NCBI GenBank assembly: GCA_964016885.1
Contig: OZ024755.1
Coordinates: 4,898,001 to 4,962,000, forward strand
Direction: 5' to 3'
Length of the DNA: 64,000 bases
DNA from: Eledone cirrhosa
Lineage: Eukaryota
How positions within the stretch are numbered: the stretch's first letter is position 1; every line of letters starts with the position of its first letter. The translations under genes and the position numbers were made by a program. Shown here piece after piece: positions 25,389-37,410 of the stretch. Below the pieces are notes generated by a model, which worked only from the letters and a program-made list of their open reading frames with translations, searched no databases and had not been told where the DNA came from.

Positions 25389-25803
25389 ACTAACCTAGTT
25401 TCAGAAGATCCCGTTAAGGGTGAAAGCACCGATTCTTTGCTTAAACTTTAATCTGTTATTTTAATAAATATTTGGTCTACGGTTCTTATATATTTGATAT
25501 ATATTTATCCTTATCGAGCCCTCTTTGGATTTTAGTCTTGAAATTTATTATTATTAATATATATGAATATATATATATATATATATATGAATATATATAT
25601 ATATATGAATATATATATATATATATATGAATATATATATATATATGTTGTTATACTTTGGGAGGGTCATGTTGCCAATAAGAAACACACGCACCAGTTG
25701 CTTTCACTTCAATTTAATTTAATATATATTTATAAATTTACAAATTTATAAATTTCTGGTTGGTTGGTTGGTTCCACAACCAGATAGTTGTTTATATATA
25801 TAT

Positions 25804-25848
25804 AGTCATAGTTCTTTCGTCACACACTCTGTGACCTCTTCAGTGACT
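25804..25848 (-). ncRNA. Mirror copy of the hammerhead-like motif
   Basis: Reverse complement of 26051-26095 in the left arm. Confidence 0.65.
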
Positions 25849-26050
25849 GGGGATTTCTTTCTTCATTTCTGTGCCTTTCCTTTCTTCTATCCTACGCCAT
25901 TTTGTTTGTGTGTGGGTTGCGTGCTCAGTTTCAAACACACACAGACACCCGGATGTGGCGCATGCGCAAACTGAGCACGCAACCCACACACAAACAAAAT
26001 GGCGTAGGATAGAAGAAAGGAAAGGCACAGAAACGAAGAAAGAAATCCCC

Positions 26051-26095
26051 AGTCACTGAAGAGGTCACAGAGTGTGTGACGAAAGAACTATGACT
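26051..26095 (+). ncRNA. Minimal type I hammerhead ribozyme-like motif
   Basis: AGUCA-CUGAAGA-G-GUCACA(GAGUG)UGUGAC-GAAA-GAAC-UA-UGACU: 5-bp stem I, 6-bp stem II, vestigial stem III, one extra G after A9. Confidence 0.65.
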
Positions 26096-26309
26096 ATATA
26101 TATATAAACAACTATCTGGTTGTGGAACCAACCAACCAACCAGAAATTTATAAATTTGTAAATTTATAAATATATATTAAATTAAATTGAAGTGAAAGCA
26201 ACTGGTGCGTGTGTTTCTTATTGGCAACATGACCCTCCCAAAGTATAACAATATCGGTTTCAACACACGATTTCAGATAAAGAATCTTGCTAAACAAATT
26301 CAGAAACGA

Positions 26310-26715
26310 AATATATATATATGAATATATATATATATATGAATATAAATATATATATATATATATATATGAATATATATATATATATGAATATATATAT
26401 ATATATATATATGAATATATATATATATATATATGAATATATATATATATATATATATGAATATATATATATATATATATGAATATATATATATATATAT
26501 ATGAATATATATATATATATATGAATATATGAATATATATATATATATATGAATATATGAATATATATATATGAATATATGAATATATGAATATATATAT
26601 ATATATGAATATATATATATGAATATATATATATGAATATATATATATGAATATATATATATGAATATATATATATGAATATATATATATGAATATATAT
26701 ATATATGAATATATA
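26310..26715. repeat. GAA-punctuated (TA)n array
   Basis: Variable-length TGAA(TA)n units. Confidence 0.95.
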
Positions 26716-27097
26716 CGGGGTAACAAATAATAGTTAAATGCAGTCCACTTAGGTAAAGTCCAGTTATGGTATTCCAGGTAGTGGATGATATTAACGCTTG
26801 GTTTGACTCAACAAGTCGTTTTCATAGTGATGCTGCGGTATGCTGTAATTCCTATGTTGTAAACACTTGGAGTAATAATAAATCAGGAAAGAAGGTTGAC
26901 ATGGTTTGCTATACAAAAAAGGTTTTTAATCTCATAGCTGACAATTGTTTCTCTGAACTGGTAGGTCTAGCGATCGAGTAACGCGAAAATAAGCGAATAG
27001 CGATCTCTAGACCTACCAGTTCAGAGAAACAATTGTCAGCTGAGATTAAAAACCTTTTTTGTATAGCAAACCATGTCAACCTTCTTTCCTGATTTAT
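26716..27097. mobile_element. Second fold-back element (~98-bp arms, 24-nt spacer, ~160-nt unpaired tail), Penelope-like
   Basis: Arms 26878-26976 and 27001-27097 differ by one substitution and a 2-nt indel. Flanked by TA arrays. Confidence 0.7.
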
Positions 27098-27837
27098 ATA
27101 TGAATATATATATATTTATATATGAATATATATATATTTATATATGAATATATATATATTTATATATGAATATATATATATTTATATATGAATATATATA
27201 TATTTATATATGAATATATATATTTATATATGAATATATATATTTATATATGAATATATATATATATTTATATATGAATATATATATATATTTATATATG
27301 AATATATATATATTTATATATGAATATATATATATTTATATATGAATATATATATATATTTATATATGAATATATATATATATATATATATGAATATATA
27401 TATATATATATATATATGAATATATATATATATATATATATGAATATATATATATATATATATATATGAATATATATATATATATATATGAATATATATA
27501 TATATATATATGAATATATATATATATATATATATGAATATATATATATATATGAATATATATATATATATATATATATGAATATATATATATATGAATA
27601 TATATATATATGAATATATATATATATGAATATATATATATATATATATATATGAATATATATATATATGAATATATATATATATGAATATATATATATA
27701 TATGAATATATATATATATATGAATATATATATATATATGAATATATATATATATATGAATATATATATATATGAATATATATATATATATATATATATG
27801 AATATATATATATATGAATATATATATATATGAATAT
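27098..27837. repeat. GAA-punctuated (TA)n array with TTTATATATGAA higher-order block
   Basis: Directly visible. Confidence 0.95.
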
Positions 27838-28296
27838 AATATTAAATAAATGGAAAACTATATTTATAAAACCATATTTATTTCATTATATATATTTCGG
27901 GGATATCATATTAACAATATGCTATGCCTTCATCAGACAAAATACAATATAAACAGTTTTATAGATAAATATATTCGACATACCGTAATAAACATCAACT
28001 TCATTTGAAGAGGTTTACTGCTAGCGTAAACCTCTTCAAATGAAGTTGATGTTTATTACGGTATGTCGAATATATTTATCTATAAAACTGTTTATATTGT
28101 ATTTTGTCTGATGAAGGCATAGCATATTGTTAATATGATATCCCCGAAATATATATAATGAAATAAATATGGTTTTATAAATATAGTTTTCCATTTATTT
28201 AATATTGTAAATATACTCCAAATATTTGTCGAGTGCTTTTATATCAGTTATAAATATTTACTAGTTGTAACCCAACAATTTTAAATATAACTTTAC
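27838..28296. mobile_element. Third fold-back element (181-bp arms, 7-nt spacer, ~90-nt tail) with degenerate hammerhead motif
   Basis: Arms 27838-28018 and 28026-28206. CTGATGA...CATATT gtt AATATG ATATCCCC GAAA TATA TA at ~28108-28156. Confidence 0.75.
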
Positions 28297-30924
28297 ATAT
28301 ATATGAATATATATATATATATGAATATATATATATATATATATATATGAATATATATATATATATATATGAATATATATATATATATATATGAATATAT
28401 ATATATATATATATGAATATATATATATATTATTAATTCTGGCAATATTACACAAATATGACCCTCCCCAAGTATAACAATATATGAATATATATATATA
28501 TAGAGAGTGAGAGAGAGAGGAGAGGGGAGGGGAAGAGAGCAATAGTTTGCCAAATGACAGTAGTGATGTGAAGTAAAAAAAAATCATCATTTAACAATGA
28601 TATTCTCTCTCTAGTGAAATGATGCCTTGTTATTGTTGTGACTGGGTGCCAGACACCAGACAGAAGGTGTCATGGTGGTGGAACTACTGTAGATAAGGTC
28701 ATAAAAGCTAAGAGACAGGGCTTGAAAAAAGTCAGGAAGGCTGGGGGCTGGGTTGCAGGAAACAGAACAATATCTAGCAGCTAGGAGACAAGCCAGATAT
28801 TAGGTCTGTTTAGCATATAAGGGGTAGTGGTGAGGGTAGAAACGAAGGGGTTGTCAATGGTGTGGGACTTGTAGACCAGAGGTGAGGGGTGTTTTGGATT
28901 GCAAGAGAAAATCCCCGCCATTGTTTGGGAGAAATCTGTACAGAATGACAACTGCCTATAGCTCACTTATCTTTACTGACAAGGGAAAGGAAAGTTACAT
29001 GGAAGTGTTATTGTGAGAGGGTGATGAATGAGAAGAATACATATACTGAGGGTCTATCCCAAGTTGACCCAACTAAGGGACCAGCTATTAAATTTAACAG
29101 CTGTATGATAGATATGCCCTTTCTATCACCCCCCCCCCCCCCGCCCCTTTGGTATGGATTGGATGGGAATATAGGAAGCCTTGTTTTGCTGTCAAATGCC
29201 CTCTCTGAAATCCTCCCTTTGGTATAGGTTGGATGTGAATATTTGAAGCTGTGCTTTGCTGCCAGATGCCCCCCCCCCCACACACACACATACCTTTTAG
29301 TTGCCTCTCACTTTCCAATAACAATTGTGGATAGAGTTCTATTTCTTTTTTTTAAATGAAAATTTACTAAATTTCCATGGTGCTAAAATATTTCGTTTTT
29401 ATTTGACTCCAACAAAGAATTCAATCACAAACTTCTTACGTTTGTAAAGTTAGGTGCAGAACCACAGGCTGTGGGGGAAGGGCAGCACCGTTTGCACTTA
29501 GTTTAAATGCTAGGGTGGGCGTACGGTGTAATTTTGTCTTAAAAGCCTAAATCTAGCCAATCATATAGCTTTAAAAAGTCTATTGGGATTCTCTCTTGGC
29601 TGCTCTCATTTGTTACCATTATGCATTCAACCTTAATCTCTTGGTGCCTTGTTTTTGTTATTTCTCCCACCTAACTATAATATTTACTTGACAATAACAC
29701 TCATGTTTGTATTTAAAATAAATGTGTAAACTAATGTTTGTTGTTATGGTGGTGATTTTGGTAGTGTTCTTGTTGAAATTCCACTATATAATTGTCACCA
29801 TCTTCTCCCCTAGACCCTGAAATTATGCCATGTTGCTTCTTCTACTTAATAGTAACATGATACTTTAAATGTTTTGTTTTTATTTAATTTGCTGCTCAGT
29901 TTTAGTCTTTGTACCTCTCTTATCTCTTTCCTCTTTCTATCCTCCTCTTGCAATTTCACTATATATATCCCTTTGTCTATGTCTCTCCCCCACAAACTGA
30001 ACTAGTTCTCTCCAATGTTGTCTTTTATTGTTGTTACCCTGGAGAAGGAGACTGAAATAAAAGTAAGATGAAAAATAGGGAGACCAAAGTTTTATGGGGT
30101 TTTTGTTGTTTTTTTGGGTGTTCTCTTCCCTGGCATATTTCCTCTACCTTATCTGTACTTTGGAATGGTGACTGATAAATGTTACAGTTGGTAGGAGATA
30201 GATAGTCAGTCTGAAGCTAGAAAGGAATAAATGAGTGATGAAGAGGTTTTATCCTGTGGCATGCAAGAAGCTGTTTGTAATTTTCAATACTAACCAAATA
30301 CCTGCCCTGTAAATGGGGAAAATTTTGTGAACAGTTATGTTTTTTTTTTTTATATCTTAATTGAATATTCAAATAACTTAAGACACATAAACCTTTTCGT
30401 TAACAACAACAGAGTATATATAGCCCCGTAACTCCGTAGCAGAGAGCCAGAACAAATACTGCAAAGCATTCTATCTGACGTTCTAACGACTCTGCCAATT
30501 CGATGCCTTATCACAACAGAGTATATAGACATGTAGTAAACATATGACATTTATGTGCTTCTCTCTAAATTGAAAATATGATGAATATTCTTAATAGATT
30601 TTCGACCTGATTGGGGTCCCATAAGAGAATATGTACATCAAACAATCATAAGGAAATATGTAATTGATGGCTTTATGGTCTTGTAATTCCTGATGGAGTC
30701 GTAGGGGCACCGTAGTGACTGCCATCTCTCTCCAGCTGTCTTGAAAATAAAGTATATTTTCAATTTATAGGGGAATAAATAAATTTGGGTTGTTTACTTG
30801 TCTATATACTCAATGTATATAATTATACACACATTACACACAATTTCTGTTAAACTTTGTATTCTATATGTCGATATAAATTTAACGTATATGTGTATGT
30901 ATGAATATATACATATGTATGCAT

Positions 30925-31027
30925 GTTATCGAACCAACCAACCGGAAATTTATAATAAATTGACGTGAAAACTAACAGGTGCGTGTGTTTTTATTGGCAG
31001 CATGACCCTCCCAAAGTATAACAATAT
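30925..31027 (+). mobile_element. Truncated copy of the 25648-26310 family
   Basis: Ends ...TTGGCAGCATGACCCTCCCAAAGTATAACAATAT at the same terminus as the palindrome arm. Confidence 0.75.
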
Positions 31028-32149
31028 ATACACACATATCTAGATCACCTCTTTCCTCTACCCCACACTCATCACCATGTCAAATCACACCACATTTGTC
31101 ATACATCCATAACTTCATAATTAGTTTCCTTCTTCCCCCACCACCACTCACAGAGCAGAGAGGGTTCTTCAGTTGGGACAAAAAGGAACCCAGTACCACA
31201 TGTAAGCTGGTTGATGATAGGAAGGGCACCCTGCTGTAGAAACCTTGCCTAAAAGGGTTGAGAGGACCCTTCAGTTGTGACACTCTACGACAGCCTGCAT
31301 AGTGTTGTTTTTTTTTCACACGATAAATGGATCTCGATGGGATTTGAACTCAGTGAGCAGAGAGGATCCAGAACAAATTCTATCCGATGTTCTAATGATT
31401 CTGTCCATTCGCCACTATCAAGAGTTACCAAACCATTTAAAAATATCTATTGTTGAAATGGTCTACTATGTGGTATGTGTGTGTGTTATTTTTTATAGTA
31501 ATGACTTCTACAGAACTAGAACTGTTTCATTCGTATGGAATCATCAAGAAACTCCTGTAAAATTTTGAAAATGCATACACTCTTCTAACGTATTGAGTCC
31601 CCCTTTTTAACTGTGGTCACCCCCCCCCCCCCATACAGACAACTCGGGAATCTACATATATGTATGTAGAGAGAGAGAGAGAGCGATGTAATAAATATGT
31701 TTGTTATTGTGGACCAAACTCAAAACATAATGTTTGTTAAGAATTGCTCTGATTTGATTAGTAAATTCATTTAACATTACAATTTAGTGACTTAGTTTTT
31801 TTTTTTAATCTTTAAGAAAGAAACCCAGATAAAACATTATATTAAACAGTTTTTGTTTGTTTTCCAAACAGAATGTGTGAATGTGTCTTGTTTAACTTAT
31901 ATATTTCTACTTACATTGTTGATATGTTCAGCTCTGTTTCTTGCGAGGCTTTTACCAGCCACTGTTACAGAATACACTGGAATTTATTTTATAAAAGAAA
32001 ATATAATAAAAATTAAAAGTATTTGGTGGTGGTTGTGATTGTACGTGTTTATATAAATAGTCCTTCAACAGCTCCAGTAATTGTGAATATCAATGAAGTG
32101 TGGAGAGAGAGTTAGACAGTTATTGCTTTAAGTTTTAAACTAACTGCTA

Positions 32150-32780
32150 TTTTATCTATCACCACTACCACCTGTCGTTGTTGACTGGAAGAATTAACTA
32201 ATATTTCGCCAGCAACGGAAGGTTTTGCTTTTTACTACGAGCTGTTGTTGACTATATAATAATAATAATGGTGAAAAAATATAAATCAATAAAGGCCGAC
32301 ACCAACATGACACGAAATAAAGAGAACTGTAGAAACTATGAAAAAATAATTGGGCGATAGTAGAATTATGAAAGTAGAAATAGGTTGTGGATTGTGAATT
32401 ATAGTGTAACATGTGCCCGCTTTACCCATTCTGTATGTCACTTACATTGTGTGTATGTATGTGTACGTGTGTGTGATTTGTGCATTTCGTATGTATATAC
32501 TGACAGTCTACTACTACGGGCTTTGGGGTGCGCGTGCTTGTGGTCTGTTATTGCTGCTTTTAAAAACATTCATTCCATCATAGCATCACATCCGCCACAT
32601 TTCATCTTCTTTACCCCCTCCTTCTTTAACCCCATCCTTCCCCTGGAGCCCCTTTTAACAACCCCCTTCCTCCACCGTCGCCTCTAATTTTGTCCCTCTA
32701 ACTTATTACCCTACTTTTTTCCTCATTCATATATATATATATTCATATACAAACCAACCTTACAACATTTCGCTTGGACC
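32150..32780 (+). promoter_or_regulatory. Probable promoter/5' UTR of the srGAP gene
   Basis: Unique, comparatively CpG-retaining sequence directly upstream of the first coding exon. The TSS cannot be located. Confidence 0.4.
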
Positions 32781-32865
32781 ATGCCAGGTTCCGAAAGGAA
32801 CCGCTATTCTTTATTCAGCTGTGCCAGACCGACGGATGATATTTCGGAAATACCCCATATTTTTG
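32781..32865 (+). CDS. SRGAP: srGAP first coding exon (MPGSERNRYSLFSCARPTDDISEIPHIF+G)
   Basis: Kozak-like GGACCATG and TG|GTGAG donor. The 85-nt phase-1 end joins the AT of 42292 to give D-IRQQLNEQ. Confidence 0.75.
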
Positions 32866-35604
32866 GTGAGCTTTCTTTCTTGTCCATCTTTCTTTTTATC
32901 TCTCATAAAGTAAACAGTTGAGATCCAAGGAAACTGGTTGTGGTTAATCTAGGTTGACTATGTTAAACATACAGATATAATCTTGTTCATTTTAATATAT
33001 ATCGTTGTTTGTTTTTTCCTTTTACATATCGATCGTGATTTTTAAATAATTTTCAGTTATTCACTGCTGTAAATTAACGGTTAGAATTAATCATCTCGTT
33101 AAGGTTTTCTTGTAATTTCAACATAGTTATTTTTTGATATTTATTATCACCAAAAACATATCAACTTTTCTATGAATATAATGTTTACAGAATATAAATA
33201 TATAATGAATACTTTTTACAGAATGAAAATATAGACACAAATAATATATAGTATATATATAGTGTATATTGTATATATATAGTGTATAATATATTGTATA
33301 TATATAGTGTATAATATATTGTATATATATAGTGTATATATATAGTATATAAATACTTCTTATAGAACGAAAATAGACATATATATGCAATACTTAATAT
33401 ATATACAATTAATTATTGCTAGGAACCTTATAAATATAATATTCTCTATAAATATTCTAAATAAAAATAGTGATATTTTTCTTAAATAATATTTATATAT
33501 TATTTTCTCATCAAAGATGTTTTGGTTTTCTCCTGGTGGGGACTTATAGAATTCGTTAATGTGTTTTTATAAATGTATTACTGTTTTCTCTAGTAAACTA
33601 CATAGTTTATAAATCATTCATGCTTTACATGTAATAGACCTAGATAATATTGAACCAATTTACAACAACAACAGTGTGTAACTCGAGTAATGTGATCAGT
33701 GATCGATCATCCTGGAATCTTATTCATGGTCAAGGCGATGTGAAACATTATCATGCGGTTATTTTCTGGGATATCGCATTTCTCTCTCTCCATCACACAC
33801 GCACTCTCCCTCTCTCTGTATATCTCTGTATATATATATATAGCTGTCACTCTGTGTACCTATGTATCTCTCTAGCTATTTCTCCCTCTCTATTTATGTA
33901 CTATCTATCTATTCTTCGACAACCAACACAAATATTTTACTATCAACCAAATCGATATCGTTAAATTTAAACACGTTTACCATCGTCAACTTTTTAGTTT
34001 TGTCATTTCAATCCAACGACAACGACACTATTTTATGACCGTACCTTATATATTTATTTTTACATTTAAAATGAGAAAACTACTCAAACTAAACTACTAA
34101 TTAATGTAATTAAGTCTAAAGGTGCCTGACTTTAATTAGCAAGGTCGGTAGTTTAGTTGAACGACTGACTACTACACGTTGTCTCATCAGTAGCTTATTT
34201 CCTTCACATTCAACAGTTTTCATCTGTTGCCTCACGATAACAATTTGACCCTGATTTTAGGTTATTTATCGCTTCGGGTTTCCCTTAGAAAATTACTGCT
34301 GTCATTCATCATCACCATCATCACTACTATCATCATCATTATTATGATCGTTATCCTATCATCATCATCGTCAACATCATCACCATCACCACCATCATTA
34401 CCATCGCCACCATCATTATTATTATCATCATCAGCATCACCATCATCATCGCTGTCGTCGTTGAGGATGGTGAGTTAGCAGAATTGGTAGAACGTCGGAT
34501 AAAATGTATTTTGCCTTAGCTGTATTTGTTGTCCCTTTACATTCTGAGTTCAAATCCTACTTAGGTCAACTTTACTTTTCATCCTTCTGTGTCTCCTGGG
34601 GATGAGGGTCTTTAAATTAAAATACCAGTAACGTACTGTGGTCGATATAATTGACTCCCTCCACTCACACACACTGTACAAATTGCTGGCTTTGGTTCTT
34701 CCAAACCTTTCTTGGAGACAAAGCTATATTAATTATTGCTACTTTACCATTACCGTGACATTACATAAAACAACCTGGCCGTCTTAATGACACTTGCCAT
34801 GTTATCTATCACTTTAAAAAATATATATATTTCCATAATTGTATAACTTTTGTTCAATAAATACAAGGATGGTTGTTTTGTTTGAACGTATTTCAGTAGC
34901 AACTGTTAAAGGAAATATTACTGGGGGGTCAAGGTTTGGTTCAAGAATATCTATTACCTTAGTAAATAGATGAATCTCTTTACACTGAGATTTGTATCAG
35001 ATAAAGGAAATAGATATGTGAAATAATTAGAGGAAAATAATACGTGTTGAAAGTCTTTCTGGCAGTAATCGGTAGAGCGTCGGACACCTTGCTTCGCAGA
35101 ATAGTGTTATGGCCATTTACGTTCCGAGTTCAAATCCCACCGAGGTTAGCTTTGCCTTTCATCTCTTTATGGGGTCGATAAAATAAAGTACCAGTAACAC
35201 ACTGGGTCGATTTAATCAACTTTCCTCTCCCTTTCAAATTGTGTCTACATCAGAAATCATTATCTATTTGTATGTCATTTTTTTGTATATCTGTATTCTT
35301 TTCAAATATATTATCGATATGTTCTCCCCCTCCCTCTCTCGCATTTTTATAATACTCTTTCAGTATGAAGCAGCAAAGATAATATATATGTGGTTGTGTG
35401 TGTAGCGATCCTTCGTTGTAGGTAGACGCGATGTAAACAAGTTTCCGGAAGTTCCATTAAATACTGCCACTACCAGTTACTTCAATCACAATAAAATAAA
35501 AACGAACATTTTAAAGTCTATTAACATTTTATTTTTATCAATAATAAATTCAATGATTTATAGGTAGAATAGAAACATCACAACATACATGAACATCAAA
35601 TAAT

Positions 35605-35789
35605 TGTTTCTACTTTTGGCACAAGGCCAGCAATTACCCAGTGCATTACTGGTACTTTATTTTATCGACCCCGTAAGGATGAAAGGCAAAGTCAACCTCG
35701 GCGGGATTTGAACTCAGATCGTAAAGGGACGTAACTATGCTGGAAAGCATGGCGTCCGACCCTCTACCGATACTGCCAAACGACCGCCC
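35605..35789 (-). mobile_element. Full-length tRNA-derived SINE with 15-bp TSD
   Basis: TGAACATCAAATAAT at 35590-35604 and 35790-35804. CpGs are intact. Confidence 0.93.
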
Positions 35790-36354
35790 TGAACATCAAA
35801 TAATATCCACGTATCTGCATTTATCAGTAAAAGAAAGCATGGTTTAAATTTAATGTTTGTTAAAGCTTACAAAAATTATGAAAGGAAATTGTAAAGGATT
35901 TGAGGAGTTCCATTTTATTTGAGTTTCGGTTCATTAATGTTAATGTAATTGTCAGCCATACTTAACGTGATTTCCGGTGATTATAACAGAAGTGACCACT
36001 GTTTAAATCACGTCTATCTACAACAAAACATAGCAACGGTGAAAATATTAATTTTCTTTGGGCTCCAGTTGAATAATTTGTTTTTTTAAAACCGTGCTAT
36101 ATATATAATGGACGTACTAATATACATATGATTAGTGTTGGTAATTAAGATATACATTAAAAGTACGCTGGCAGCCGAAGTGTGTTATAAAGTTATATCT
36201 AGACATGTAGAGTGGATAACTGAGACTGTACAAATGCATTAATTACCAATACATGCGAATTAGTATATCCATTTCAGAGCAATACTAAGACTGATGCATT
36301 GCTCAGAAAAAAATTAAGGAAACCACCAATATAACAAACTAAACCTACCCTCAA

Positions 36355-36638
36355 TAGAAGCAGTAATGGAATGGTGTTCATGGCACATCACCATTAGCCA
36401 ATGATCACCATCCATGCACATTACATGGCCAAACCAGTACAATGTTCTCTCATGTATACTACATCAGATTCCCTCTTATGCCTACTTTTTCTCTCTCTCA
36501 GCTCATCTGTGCTTCATCATTCATGTACACCGACATTGCATATCCAACAGAACTTGTTGGATTTGTTTCTCTCTCTCCAGCCTTTCCATATCCACCTCTG
36601 CATTCGCTGCCAATGTTTCACTACCATGCATCACGCAA
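36355..36638 (-). mobile_element. RTE LINE coding relic
   Basis: VMHGSETLAANAEVDMERLERE resembles LHGSETW...RLERxE. A downstream WFGHVM-like segment is present. Confidence 0.75.
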
Positions 36639-37049
36639 TTAAAAAACAAACAAACAAGAAACATTTTAATTATAAAAACTATCACCTTCAAAGGCTTACA
36701 CAACATACCACACAGAGAAGACAATCCTCAGAATTATTTACATGTTTAACATTGACAGTACAGGATAGAAAAGCAAAACAAAGCCCAAATATTCTAGCCC
36801 TGAGGACCCTGACCAGCTGCTAAAATCTTGTCAGTCATCTTAGCAAAAAAAAAAAAAGAGACTGAGTTAGGATGAAATCTAATTGGATTAAGTAGTTTAT
36901 TATTTTTAAATGTTTGAGAATATAACCTTTAAGTTCTATTATGTTGAAAGTGACAAACAAAAGACTACAGGTTGGTTGGAAATTTACTAGAATGATAATA
37001 AAAAAAAATCAATGTATTTTATGTTGAAGAACTAAAAGTTGCGAATACA

Positions 37050-37410
37050 AGCGACCGAATCCTCCAGGGAGTTTCTTGGAGTAATATTACTCAATAGTGT
37101 GTAGCTCAGAGGTCACAGCTCTGATACTACAGGTATGTAGTTAGAATGTCTCTGGAAAGAATCGCTGAACAGTTATTACAGGCAAAAACCAACTGGCAGG
37201 AGACTCAGGGGTAGATCCCAAGCAAGATGGTTGGATAACATCCATAAGCTTGGCTGGTCTCTCTTAGGGATCCAACAAAATCAGTTGGAGCAGGTTGCTT
37301 CTGGCAGGACCTGCTGGAAGGAGTGTTTAAGGACTCTGCCCCCCCCCCCCCCCACACACACACACACACAAAACCCTCTCAGGAATAAGTGAGTGAAGAA
37401 GAAAAAGAAG
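37050..37410 (+). mobile_element. RTE LINE 3' relic with (GAA)n tail
   Basis: SQL*YYRYVVRMSLERIAEQLLQAKTNW..GRSQARWLDNI-like segment. Confidence 0.65.

Larger units (their letters stand above)
25648..26310. mobile_element. Penelope-like fold-back element: 284-bp inverted arms, 36-nt spacer, ~60-nt unpaired tail
   Basis: Arms 25648-25931 and 25968-26251 are reverse complements, with one mismatch seen. Flanked by (TA)n. Carries a hammerhead motif. Confidence 0.8.

Noticed and set aside
25768-26131. Pairs of near-identical ORFs on opposite strands
   Set aside because: A by-product of the 284-bp inverted repeat.
28590-29330. Higher-GC unique stretch with short ORFs
   Set aside because: No convincing splice pair or motif. 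Possibly a very decayed LINE, but it cannot be assigned.
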